Source: Octopus vulgaris (taxonomy: Eukaryota). From it: DNA of 64,000 bases. Positions 38,489 through 51,313 of this stretch are shown here, piece after piece; the first letter of the stretch is position 1; every line of letters begins with the position of its first letter. The notes under the pieces were generated by a model. That model saw only the letters and a program-made list of their open reading frames with translations. It did not search any database and was not told where the DNA came from. The stretch lies in the NCBI GenBank assembly GCA_951406725.2, contig OX597822.1, forward strand, positions 12,586,001-12,650,000, read 5' to 3'. The translations under genes and the position numbers were made by a program.

Positions 38489-39884
38489 TTTTTTTCACGC
38501 GGGGAGCCGCGCTCTTCATCGACGGACTATCCGAGGTATCCCCCGTCCATCTAACTATATATCTATCTACCTATCTAACAACCACCAACCTACCTACCTA
38601 CATACATACATACATACATACATACATACATACATACATACATACATACATACCTATCTACCTATCTAACTACCTACATACCTACCTACTTACATATTTA
38701 TCTATCTATTTACCTATTTGTATGTGTATGTATGTATGCATGTTTGTATATATGTATGTATGTTGGTATATATGTATATATTTATGTATGTATGCATGTA
38801 AGTATGCATGTATGGACGAAACAAATATATCATTTCGTGGATCTTGAACTTTCTATAATACATGCATTGTTTCTTACAGTTGATAAATGGAAGAATGGCC
38901 CAGCTGATGTCTTGAATACTGTTACTCTCCTTTTTATTTTACATTTCCTCCTATCATCCGATGTTATTGTTAAAGATGACCTTAGAATGATGACTCGTGC
39001 TTAATCTGTTGTTCAGCCTTTCTACAGAGATTTATGATTAAAAGCATTTCAGCAAAAACCATTCTAAATCTCTTTCAGACACTGAACTACATTTTCCAAT
39101 GCATCCTATCTATATTTTGAGACAGTAGGGCGTGATTTAGAGAAGTTATGTTATTGCTACATATATAGAAGGTCGAATGGCCATGAGGGGTTTCCAGCTG
39201 TCGATCGTCAGTGGAGTAGAGAAAGTGTGATGAAAAATTATTGCTGTATGAATATAGGTTATATTTTCGCTTATATCAATGTTTCGCATGGCTGGTTATG
39301 TGCTTAGCCTGTCCATTGACGGGAGAAATATTTTAATATATCAATTTATTATCCTGCCTCTATTTAGACACGGCTTTTGTATTTCGTTCAACATTTTGAA
39401 GGGTTGACTGCGAATAAATTTCAGAGCCAATTCAATTACCAGGTCTATTGTTTTGAAACTAAAATTTTAATTTCTTTCTGGATGTGTAGGATTGAGTTAA
39501 TTGTGCATGTCTAGCATGGCCGCGGCCTTCGGGCTTAAACATTTTAAGGATTTAAGGATTTATATAGAGACATATTTATGCCATCAGTTGATGGTATTTT
39601 AGTACATTAATCAAGCGTTATCATTGGGAAACGAGAAAGCAGGATTTCTACTGCTATTTAAAGATCTGATTTATGTTTCGTATTATTCATTATTTCTCTT
39701 CATGTTTTTATATTTGCGCTCGTTTTGATACAGCTATAACTAAATTTTAAATTATTAGTTATTAAAGAAATAATCATATATCATATATATATATATATCG
39801 CACAGGGAGAAATGTATTATATTGTTATTATTGCCAAGCTATTTATAGCTACAGTCTAGACGTTTCCAATTTTTGTTCCACCTA

Positions 39885-40386
39885 TTCTTCTCTCTCTGTG
39901 TTATATCATTTTCATATATTTTTGTCGTTCTTTCGCCTTGCATCAATATTTTATTTTTTTATATGTAAAATGTTGTAGATGTGGAAATGTGTCATTATTC
40001 GGAAATATTGTATTTCATATTAAATGATATTTTCTGTTATTTTTAAAATGGGAAACATTCTAATTTAATAAAGAATTTATATTAGTTAGAGATGGAGGAA
40101 AGTCTTCCCCCATTGTACTGTCAATCTTTATGTGTATACATACGCATATATATACGTGTGTGTATACAATTTTATTTACATAAATACATATACTTCTGTG
40201 TGTATGTGTAAGTGTGTGTATATAATTCAATTCGTCTTTCTACTTGGTTCTTACAAACCCTTAGCTATAACGTAACAATGGAAGTTATGCAATCTGGCGC
40301 CATGCAACTCTGTGTTCTTGGATAAATTTTGGAATGTGCTATTCTGTATACTTACCATCCACTGAAATAAAACCCCAATAATAAAA

Positions 40387-40390
<4 letters not shown>
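39885..40390 (+). repeat. ~500 bp repeat with a high-identity inverted copy at 46788-47287
   Basis: ttcttctctctctgtgttatatc...ccactgaaataaaaccc..taataaaagta and its reverse complement. Both end in (TA)n. Confidence 0.85.
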
Positions 40391-40462
<72 letters not shown>

Positions 40463-41188
40463 ATATATATATACATCGCAGAGGGGTAAAACAAGCACGA
40501 AAAAAATGCGCGTGTCTTCCCCTATCTCTCTCTCTCTCTCTCTCTCACTTTCGTCACTGCTAATTCTTTTGCACGTTGCTTTCAGGCCGTAAGGTCATGT
40601 TTTTCCCTGCGCTCGCTCAGTACCTCTTTCGTCCCAGCCAGAACAAAGGCCTTAGTTTAGTTTGTTTTCCTGTTTATTTTGATTTCTCGTATTGTATTTT
40701 ATCTCTCGTTTTGTATTTTCTTTTACATGTATTTTAATTTTGTATTTTTATCTTGTATTTTATTGTGCAGTTCTATTGTTACGTCCCGTTTGTGTTACAT
40801 TTTTTTCGTGCTTGTTTTACCCCTCTGCGAGGTTATTTTATTTTAATTCTCTCGCAGGAAGGCCTAGTTATTGACGAGTCGTGTCCTGTCTTGCCTTCGA
40901 AACACTCTTGAGTCTGCTAGTGACAGCTGATGATTGGGGATTTTTTCCTTGTGTGGTGTGTCCTGTACCTTGTTTTTCTGTTGTAAAAAATAATGTTTTC
41001 CCGTTTTCGTTTCGTCTCTGTTGTTTTGTTGTAAAAAAATGGCTGTCCGTTTTCGTTTTTCGTTGAGTTCTACGTCTAGTTGTGGTGTCCTGTACTCACG
41101 TATATATATTTATATATGCATGTATATATACATGTAGATATCGGTACGTACATATATGATTGTATGTATGCATATATTTTATTTATTA

Positions 41189-41243
<55 letters not shown>

Positions 41244-41247
41244 TATT

Positions 41248-41470
41248 CGTTCTTCACTCCTTTATTATTGCTCTTATTTTACCTTATGTCTTTGGTCTGG
41301 AAATCGATCGTCGCATATCTTCACCAACACTTCTACCCCACGTGTATCCTTCCAGATTAGGAGGATAGAAATCTAGAAATCTTGCAGAAGAGGTCAGCGA
41401 TGTGTGATGAGTGATTTCCAGACAGTATGTATTAGATAAAATCAGAACAATAATAAATGAGTGAAGAACA
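41248..41470. mobile_element. Imperfect inverted-repeat (MITE-like) element
   Basis: gttcttcactcctttattattgctcttatttta...gtctggaaatc / gatttccagac...taaaatcagaacaataataaatgagtgaagaac. Confidence 0.5.
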
Positions 41471-41511
41471 AGTGTGTGCGTGTGTGTGTGTGTGTATATG
41501 TGTGTGTGAGA

Positions 41512-41647
41512 GTTTGCGGTAAGAAGCTTGCTTCCCAATCACATGGTTCCGGATTCATTCCCACTGTGTCGCAACTACTACTACATCCTCCGGCCGACCA
41601 AATCCTTGTGAGTGGATTTCATAGACGGAAACTGAAAGTAGCCCGTC

Positions 41648-41733
<86 letters not shown>

Positions 41734-41978
41734 GTGCGTGTGTGAGTATTTGTTTCTTTGTGTCTGTGTTTGTCCCCCGCACCATCAATTGACAACAAAT
41801 GTTGGTGTGTTTAGGTCTCCGTAACTTAGCGGTTTGGCAAAAGATACCGATACAATAAGTACTAAGTTTACAAAGAATAAGTCCTTGTTGTCGATTTGTT
41901 CGACTAAACCCCCTTAAAGAGGTGTTCCAGAATTGCCGCTTTCACATGACCGAAACAGAATACTAGAATAATAGAAGA
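41512..41978 (+). mobile_element. SINE family A
   Basis: ggtaagaagcttgcttcccaatcacatggttccgg...gacggaaactgaaag...(TA)n(TG)n...tail. Confidence 0.8.
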
Positions 41979-42319
41979 TATATATATAATACAAAAATGA
42001 GACAAGAACGCAAAACATCCAGACAGACAAGACAAAGAAGACAATGACGGGTCATTCGAATTTCTCTATCCTCAGTCGAGTTCCAAATTATATTTGCAAT
42101 TTCGGTTGGTTATACTCGAGATTGCTGCAATCTGCCCCAAGGAAAAACTAAGCTACGAGTATTGGAATCCATGGAAGAAAGCAGCGAATGTATACGAAAA
42201 CAAAGACGGGAAAAAACCCCCAGATAAATGTTACACAAATACAAATGCAATTAACAGGACATAACAACAGGTGATTTTCGACTAAGGACGAATTAAATTA
42301 AGCTGGCGTGTGTGGAAGT

Positions 42320-43240
42320 CTGGGTTATTGCTATTCGTAGTAGCCCTCTGATCATGCCTTCAGCTGCTCAGGCAGCCATCCTTGCTAGGTACGCAGATGA
42401 TACAACAGTCTCTCAGAAGATATGGAACCCAGGTGATGATGTGCACCTGTGACAGGGGTTGGACTCAATATACCGGAGGGCTGAGGGCAATAACATGCAG
42501 TTTAATGCTAGAAAATTTCAAGCCCTGCCTTGCCAATGCACGAAGCAGGATGAAATGCAGATAGGATTCAGTGACCTAGGAGGGATTGCAAAATCAGAAG
42601 GTGTTAACCTGCGTAATGATGCATATTTTCAGGTGCATATTACCAAGTTGGCAATAAAATTCAGACCTGGACCGGATAAAGATTTAGACCTTTCAGAACA
42701 AGAGAAGAGAGAACAATAATGTTCCTTTGGGGGACATTTATCCCCAGCTGTTTAGATTACTGTCAGCTACTGAGAGAGATTGAAAAAGTTAAGTCTCTAC
42801 TCTCTACAACGAAGGTAGAAAAGATGTGCAGTGATATTCATCCGCAAAATTCCAGAAAAACCTCTGCCAAACATTGACATTGAAAGTTACACAAACAGCA
42901 GAGTACCTAAAATTCTCAATGTCATCAAGACTCAGGATCAGATACTGCAACAGCTTGGATTTCAAAGGCCCAGAGCTTTGCAATATCCTCGCAAAAAGCT
43001 TGAGGCACCTACATGGGATGGATGTAGGCGTCTTCAAACCAAAACTAGATCTTCTGTCGAGTTCAAGATGAACATTCCACGTCGCAAAAAACGCAGATAA
43101 AAGCAGCACCATCGAAATCCTTCATTCACCAAATGCCAAATATAAGAGGAGGTTTCATAGAATGAACATCTAGCAAAGTTAATGGCAGTGTACCAGCATG
43201 GCCACGGCTCTCGTGCTGAAGACAGTAAAGAAAATATACA
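42320..43240 (+). mobile_element. Decayed CR1-group LINE 3' fragment
   Basis: YADD-encoding tacgcagatgat, NNMQFNARKFQAL and YCNSLDFKGPELCNIL. Tail gcagtgtaccagcatggccacggctc. Confidence 0.85.
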
Positions 43241-43342
43241 TACATACATATATGTATACTTTATTATATATGTATATATATGTATATATATATATATGAA
43301 TATATATATATGTGTGTGTGTGTATACATATATATGTGTATG

Positions 43343-43387
<45 letters not shown>

Positions 43388-43471
43388 CTTAGAATAACTT
43401 ACAAAGGTTTTGGCCAGTATTGGCCCAGGCCATGTCTAACTTAATAGCACCACCTGGCGAAGTATTTCAAT

Positions 43472-46433
43472 TCAGGATTTGGGCCCCAAGGCCCATTCGA
43501 GCAGAGAGTTATTGTTTGCGGAGACATATCCGGGTGTGGGTGGTTTGTCCCAGACTGTTTGAAGGAATTTGTCCAAAGACTTCTTGAATTTTGTGTGGTC
43601 AGTTTCTTTTTTGACGTGTCCTGGTGTAATGTTGAAGAGAGCGGGTCCAACTGAGGTGAAATAGTTGTGCCGTATTGTCGTTATGTGATGCGATTTAGAT
43701 TTTTGTTGTGGACGGATGGAACGTGGTCCAAGCCTTGGATGTATTTTGAAGGTGATGCCAACATCATTCGGACAGTGCTGATGGAATATTTTCCACATCT
43801 TACAGATAATGTAGCGTTCACGGCGTCGTTGGAGTGAATACAGTTTCAGCTTCTCTAGTCTACCCCAGTAGTCAAGGTCTGACATGCCATCTATCTTTTT
43901 TGTGATTGACCTTTGGGGAGCTTCAATTCTCATAATATTTTGTTTTGTGTAGGGAGACCACAGTGGACAGCAGTATTCAAGGTGGGGTCGGGCAAAAGTG
44001 GAGAAGAGAAGGATAATAGTGTGGGAATCTCTCGACTGGAAGGTTCTGAGAATCCAGGAACACGTTCTGCGGGCCATGTCAACTTTGCTGCTTATATGTG
44101 TAGCCCAGCTTATGTTGTTGTCCACTGTTACTCCCAAGTCTCTGATGCTGTTGGATGCCATGAGAATTTCTCCAGAAGGAAGAGAGTATGGGAGTTTCAG
44201 AGCGTCCTCCCTTCCAAAGTGGATCAGTTCGAATTTGTCTTCATTTAGCAACATGTTATTCTTTTCCGCCCATTGGACAACAGCCAGTAGGTCTGACTGG
44301 AGGCTTATTCGGTCATCCACGCCATTGATGACCTTCTGGAGCTTGGAATCATCAGCGAAGGTTCTGATGTTACTGTGTTTGATGGTGTCAGTAATATCAT
44401 TTATGTAGATGATGAAGAGAAGTGGGCCCAACACAGTGCCTTGTGGGACACCACTGCTGACTTTGGCTGGGCTGGATTTGATTCCTTCGACTACAAAATG
44501 TTGGGTTCTGTTAGACAGGAAGCACTTGAACCACTGCAGCAGCTTTCCAGTGACACCAATATTGGACAGTTTCTCAGAAGGATCTTATGATCAACCCTGT
44601 CAAAGGCCTTGCTGAAATCAAGGTAGATGACATCAGTGTTGGAACCCTCTCCCAAGGCTCTCAAAATGTCATCAAAATGATGCAGTAGCTGCGTCAGGCA
44701 ATCTCTCCCATTACGGAATCCATGCTGGTTGGGGTTCAGCATATTATGACTCTCAAGGAAGTGAGTCATACGCGATCTCAGTACTCTCTCAAATACCTTA
44801 ATGATATGAGAGGTGAGTGAGATTAGACGGTAATTCACGGCAAGCGATTTGTTTCCTTTTTTGAAAACTGGGACAACAGACTGGGATAGAAGGTCTTCTG
44901 GTATATATCCAGCATCCAGTGAGTTCCGCCACAGATTGGCTAGAGGGGGTGCAAGTTGGTTTTGACACATCTTCAAGACACAAGCAAGGAACCTATCGGG
45001 ACCTACTGCTGAATTATGCTTCATTTCCTTTATTGCTGCTAAGACATCAGGAGCGTCAAAGGTTATGTCTGATAAAGTGTATTGGGGAGTAACATCACTG
45101 ATACAGCCCAGATCAGTCATATCAGGATTGCTGAAAACAGAGCAATATTGTTTCTGCAATATCTCTCCCATGGTTTTGGCATTGTCTTGAAGAGTACTAT
45201 TTTCATCAATCAGAGGGCCAACAGTAGAACCAGTGACTCTGTGTTTTTTTGCAAATGAAAAGAACACTTTGGGATTGAGTTTGATCTTCTCAATGGCCCA
45301 GGCCTCTTCAGCTCTTCGCTGACTATTGATGATAGACATCATGTTGTTTTGGAGTTTATGTTTTTTAATCTCTAGCGACGAGATGGCAGTCAGGTTGGTG
45401 TGTTGCTGTTGACAGTATTTCAGCTTGTTGATTTTTTTGTTAATTCTTTTAATTTTCCTGAGGAGAGATTTTCTATTTCTAGGGATTCGACACTTAGATT
45501 TGTTTGCAGATCTTAATGGGGTGTGTCTTGCACATATGTTCGTAATGGTGTCTACAAGTGACTGCCAGGACTTTTTGATGTTAGTGGGTGTGTATGTGTG
45601 CGTGAAGGACCAATCGACTTGTGCAAGATCATTATTGATCGCTTCCCAGTTTGCATTGTGGAAATCCATAGTGTCAAATGGATGAACAGGAGGGATGACA
45701 TTTGTTTTGCATTTTGGCCAGTGAAATCTCAGATCACAGAGAACCATGTCATGATCGGAGAGTAGGGTTTTCTCCACTGCAATATTGTGGATAGTATCAG
45801 TGTGATTGCTGAAAATTAAGTCTAAGACGTTTTTATGACATCTCGTTGGTTCGACTACCAGTTGGGACAGGAAGAAATCATCCATGAAGTCAAGAAGCGA
45901 TTCCACTGCCTCCCTGTCAGGGGTTGAGAGAGAAGAACTTGGCGGCAGACTGTTTGTAGACCAGTCAACCCCGGGAAGGTTGAAGTCTCCCATCATTAAA
46001 ATGTTGTCAGGTTGACACTGCTGAATGAAACACTTTATGCTGTTGAGGCATTCCTTGAAGCATGGTAGGGGCGTTTGGGGTGGTCTGTAAAGCCCAACTA
46101 CTGTTAAGTTGTTGGTTTGACTGAATACAGCGACTGCTTCGCAGTATCCATTGCAAAATATGTTCATGGCTTCTGTTGAGAATGAATCATGAACATAAAT
46201 GGCAGTCCCACCCTTTCTTCTGCCAGTACGATCAGCACGAATGGTTTTGAAATTTTGAAGAAAGGGATGTGGTTTGGATGGGCCTCGACCCAGTTCTCCA
46301 GGTATCTTATCTTCCATTTTTGTGTATTGGTGGAAGGGTTGATGCCTTGGGCATTAAGTAGAAATGTTGAGGCGAGAGTGGATGGTTTTAATTGTTTTGG
46401 TGATTTGTTTATTTGATTGCTTTTTAATGGCAT
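43472..46433 (-). pseudogene. LINE ORF2: APE endonuclease plus reverse transcriptase (two frame breaks, at ~46260 and ~44575)
   Basis: APE motifs LLNAQG, RADR..RKGGTAIYV, GLYRPP, MGDFNLP, LDLIFSN and SDHD. RT motifs NYRLISLTS, QHGFR, DFSKAFD, GVPQGTVLGPLLF and FADD; also LYSLQRRRER. The APE ETW region appears deleted. Confidence 0.92.
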
Positions 46434-46700
46434 GTGCAGTGGGGTAATAGTGGTGGATGGTGGTGGGTGATAGCTCGGATGTTTTTTTCCAGTTCTTTTG
46501 CTAGATTCATTATAGCTAAAAAAGAGGAAGAAGAGGTGGTTTCCTGTCTAGGGAACTGTAGGTGACTGTGGTTGTGGTTATTTTTATATGAGTGGTTATT
46601 TCTATATGAGTCGTAGGTTTTTTTGCTTTTATTTTTATTTATAATGTCATTTGTCCGACGAGTCCCCGGGAGATGGGTAAAGGGGCAATCCCTGTGCAAA
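46424..46700 (-). pseudogene. LINE ORF1 C-terminal remnant with a partial CCCH-type finger
   Basis: CLHRDCPFTH (C-x4-C-x3-H), then a basic stretch and FLAIMNLAKELEKNIRAI (coiled-coil-like). Confidence 0.5.
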
Positions 46701-47437
46701 CAGGCAATCCCTGTGCATATATATATATATGCATATATGTATGTATGCATATATATATGTATGCATATATATATATATACATATATATACTTTTATTAGT
46801 AGGGTTTTATTTCAGTGGATGGTAAGTATACAGAATAGCACATTCCAAAATTTATCCAAGAACACCGAGTTGCATGGCGCCAGATTGCATAACGTCCATT
46901 GCTACGTTATAGCTAAGGGTTTGTAAGAACCAAGTAGAAAGACGAATTGAATTATATACACACACTTACACATACACACAGAAGTATATGTATTTATGTA
47001 AATAAAATTGTATACACACACGTATATATATGCGTATGTATACACATTAAGATTGACAGTACAATGGGGAAGACTTTCCTCCATCTCTAACTAATATAAA
47101 TTCTTTATTAAATTAGAATGTTTCCCATTTTAAAAATAACAGGAAATATCATGTAATATGAAATACAATATTCCCAAAAAATGACACATTTCCACATCTA
47201 CAACATTTTACATATAAAAAAATTAATATTGATGCAAGGCGAAAGAACGAAAAAATATGAAAATGATATAACACAGAGAGAGAAGAACATGTATATATAC
47301 ATGTAGATGTCGGTACGTACATATATGTTTGTATGTATGCATATATTTTATTTATTACACTATTGTCTGACAGCACTTCGCGTCGTGGTTCGTTCGAATT
47401 TTCGCTTCGTTCCGTCTCTTTTTTCCTCCCAGTCTTG

Positions 47438-47489
<52 letters not shown>

Positions 47490-47599
47490 CGTGTGTTTAT
47501 TTGACAAGGAAAATGAGCATCCTGAAATATAGCAACGCGTGCGCGAGGTGGAGGAATATTAGAAGGCACGGTTGGAGGGAAAAAAGACAGGAAGAACAG

Positions 47600-48390
47600 A
47601 AATAAATGGTGCAAGACAGGAATAAGGAGAAAGGAATGAAATGATGGGGTCTTTTCTGGGATAGTTGAAACTGATCACAGGTCAAAAGGTGAATTTGCTT
47701 TTAGTCATTCTATTTTTCGTCGGTTCTCAGGTTACTCAGCTGCTGAAAATAGAATTTATCACATAACCTTGGAAGGCTTTTAAATATGCGTGTGTTTCTC
47801 TGTGCGCGTTTAAGTGTATGTGTGTTGTGTGTTGGTTGCTTGGGTGAATTTTTCCAGTTATTTTAGTAAGAGTAATGAGAACAGTATCAATAAGTTCCTG
47901 TGGTAATCTGATTTGTTTCATCCGGAAGAATAAATTTTTAATTAGTATTTCTCGTGTGTTTATAAATACATTTTTAAAAACGTTTAGTTAAGTAAGACTT
48001 TGTTGATAAAATGCAATTTCATTGTCTTTCTGGTAGTCTGGGTCATCTCTTGAACATTTGTAGAAGGGAACGATCTTGTATCTGCTGTTTCCGGATATTT
48101 CCAGATATTTACTCAGCGAAGCCAGGCGTAATTGTTTTTGTCTGATGTGTTTTCTCTGGATTCTTTTACGTTGGATTCCGTGCATGACTTTTGAATTCAG
48201 AATTTGAATGTGTAGATAAAGGTTGACACATTATTCTCAGCTGTCGGGAAACATGTGAGCCCCAATTGTATCAATTTCTGTCTATAGGAATGTTCACCTA
48301 CGGTGACGAATGAGACCCTAAATAGATTCTTAACGTCGAAATTGCAATAGAGATTTTATATGTCATATCGCCCGCAGACTGCATTCATTG
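47600..48390 (-). mobile_element. Decayed Penelope-like element 3' fragment (GIY-YIG C-terminal half)
   Basis: RKHIRQKQLRLASLSKYLEISGNSRYKIVPFYKC...E..F pattern typical of PLE endonuclease ends. Frame-broken. Confidence 0.55.
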
Positions 48391-48758
48391 TGAGAAGATA
48401 TAATATGAGTGATAATAGTGGCTTTATAGTGGGCTTTGACTGCTATTTCTAAACATGTAAAAGTTCTTGAAACCCTCTTTGTTATAATTGTAACTTGTTC
48501 ATGATTATAACTATTCTTCTATGTGTTTTATGATAACATGTTTAGCCATTGATATATTCATAAATAATTATTAATTGTTCATGTTATATCCTCCGTAAAG
48601 TATTATTACATTAATTTTTAATTATATATGTGTGTATGTGTGTGCGTGTGTATGTGTATCTGTATATATGTACATTCACATACACACAAGTGATAAATAT
48701 ATAGACTCACATATACATATGTTTATGGCAGAAAAAGAAGGAAAACAAGTAGTATAGT

Positions 48759-48789
<31 letters not shown>

Positions 48790-48799
48790 AGTAGTAGTT

Positions 48800-48850
<51 letters not shown>

Positions 48851-49324
48851 TGGAAAGAACAAGTGAATATGTTGGTAATTACACCAAGATGCCAGTTTTA
48901 GTGACCTCAACCGTATTTAATGTAGATTGGTGCAAGCATGGGCTTTGGTCAAGTAACTAGTACTTAATAAGACTGACCGCTGGCTTGGTTTCAATCGAGT
49001 TACTTCCATACTGTCCAAGAAACAACTTAATTACAACAATGTTGCATCTAACAGAGATTTATCAAGGAATATTCTTGACAGCAGTAATAGATTACCATTT
49101 GTCTATTTTCGTTCCACATTCTTCACTATTATGGCACGGTACACTGGAAAATATTCCTTGTCTTTAAGGCTGCACTATGAAAAATAATTAGCATTAAATG
49201 CTTTCAGTCTTAGGTGAGAATTTCTCATTTATTCCTTACTCTCTCCCAATCTCTCTGAATCGCACCTCTCTCTCACTCTCTCTCTCTCTCTCATTCTCTT
49301 CTTTTGTCTTTTTCTCTTTTTATT

Positions 49325-49558
49325 TCTTATTTCTTTATTGCCAACAAGGGGCTAAACATAGAAGGGACAAACAAGGACAAACAAAGGGATGAAGTAGATT
49401 ACAACGACCCCAATGCGTAACTGGTACTTAATTTATCGAACCCGAAAGGATGAAAGGCAAAGTTGACCTCAGCGGAGTTTGAACTCTGAACGTGACGGCA
49501 GACAACATACTGCTAAGCATTTCGCCGCGCGCTAAAGTTTCTGCCAGCTTGCTGCCTT
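49325..49558 (-). mobile_element. tRNA-derived SINE, family B, abutting a family A 3' fragment (49556-49692)
   Basis: Matches 38255-38488. Confidence 0.75.
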
Positions 49559-50216
49559 ACTGCGGCCATGCTGAAGCACCGCCTTTAGTCGAACAAATCG
49601 ACCCCAGAATATTTTGTTTGCTATCGTCCCTTTTGCGGAACCGCTAAGTTGCGGGTATATAAACACACCAACATCGGTTGTCAAGCGATGGTGTGCGTAT
49701 GTACGTATTTTCATTTTTCATTTTATCTACTTTCAGCTCACGAGCTGTGGCCATGCTGGGGAAGTATAGTTTAATGCTCGGTTAAGATAAGATTAAAAAA
49801 ATATACTCCCTCCTGTGAGAGATAAATATTATTTAATGTACACTGTACTAAGATAAGAGCTACGAATATATTCTTGCTCCGAAGAGAAGAGACCACATTT
49901 TCAGAGCCCGATGGTTGCTTGCGGGCACAATGCACATTATAAACCAGTCTATCAACTTATTTTAATAGTAAGAAACCGTTAAAGTGTTCCTATGAAAATG
50001 AAGGTAGAGCCAATGTACAAGCATTTGGCTAGAATTCATGATCAGCCGAGTAGAAGGGGAATCAACGTCAAATCTAATGTTTTGCTCAAGTACGCTGTCT
50101 GGTTTAGAAATTGAGGCCAGCATATAATACCCGAAAGCTGTACTCATGCGCACGCACACACACACATACATATATACATATATATATATATAGGTACATA
50201 CATACATATATACATA

Positions 50217-50275
<59 letters not shown>

Positions 50276-50362
50276 AGAGATTACGAAAAAAACAAAAGCC
50301 GAAGACAGGTGGTGTACAAAACAAACAGATGTATTAGTATAACGCTCAGGAATAGAAAAAGG

Positions 50363-50398
50363 CTTTTACGTTTCGAGCCTACGCTCTTCTACAGAAAG
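50363..50398 (-). ncRNA. Hammerhead-like motif, U6 variant
   Basis: cttt-CTGTAGA-a-gagc gtag gctc-GAAA-cg-TA-aaag. Confidence 0.55.
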
Positions 50399-50422
50399 GG
50401 ACACAGAAAACAAGGAGAGAAT

Positions 50423-50456
<34 letters not shown>

Positions 50457-50585
50457 ATAATAAATATTAGGGAATAAATCCAAATTTACAGGGAAAAATC
50501 AGATTTAGGATTGAATCCAATTTTATAGTAAAATATTATATAATATTAATTAGTTTGATTTGCAAAATAGTGGTTTTGTCTCTAA

Positions 50586-50628
<43 letters not shown>

Positions 50629-50702
50629 CATGTTCAGTTAATTGAAAGAAAAAAAATGGATAGTTAAAAGTTACTTATTTATTATTAAAAATTTGGTAAT
50701 CT

Positions 50703-50800
50703 TTTCTTACAGCCGTTTCAATTAGTGCCCAATTATTAAATTACACATTTGTTCTTTCAATTTGTATTTATATCTTATGAGCATAATTTCAGCAGAAAAA
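50703..50800 (-). ncRNA. Hammerhead-like motif, C6 variant, long stem II
   Basis: ttttt-CTGCTGA-aattatgctca...tgggcactaatt-GAAA-cggctg-TA-agaaa. Confidence 0.45.
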
Positions 50801-51272
50801 ATGTTATTCGTTATTTAAGGAAATTTCCTATTCCCAAAATACTTGGTATGAAACCATTGTTTTCTTGGCGGTAACCATCCCTTTATGAAGTTAACATATT
50901 CTCCTAAGCAAATATATATATATATATACATGTGTGTGTGTCTGCGCGTGTGTGTGTGGGTGTGTGTGTGTGTGTGTGTGTTTTGGATTGTCTTGTGCAA
51001 AACGAAGTATGAGTATTCAATCTTTGCCAAAAAACCTGCACAAATGATTTTCTGTTATAGTGATCAAATGCATGTACCTTAGAGTGGCCCACCCCCTCCA
51101 TGAAATCAATGTTGCACCATGTACCACAAATTAGGCGTTGGCGTGTTAGCAGAACAACGTGGGATTAAGTATTTTGTTCAAGCACACAAGAAACCGCTGG
51201 GGCTACGAATTGAAACCACGATCTCGCGATTGTAAGTACAACAACCTAACCACTAGGCCATGCCTCCTTATA

Positions 51273-51294
<22 letters not shown>

Positions 51295-51313
<19 letters not shown>

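Larger units (their letters stand above)
43385..46717 (-). mobile_element. Young CR1-group LINE: ORF1 C-terminus, near-complete ORF2 and 3' UTR, inserted in (TA)n
   Basis: ORF1 remnant ends at 46424 and overlaps the ORF2 ATG (46433). The 3' end has a ggcc-aatact-ggcc stem-loop and taagtta repeats. Confidence 0.92.

Noticed and set aside
40846-40912. gaaggc...gccttc-GAAA hairpin resembling hammerhead stem II
   Set aside because: No acceptable core upstream.
41985-42310. PLE-tail-like element with CTGAGGA on the minus strand
   Set aside because: Stems and GAAA are too degenerate to call a ribozyme. The same applies to a tcgaaga motif near 58000.
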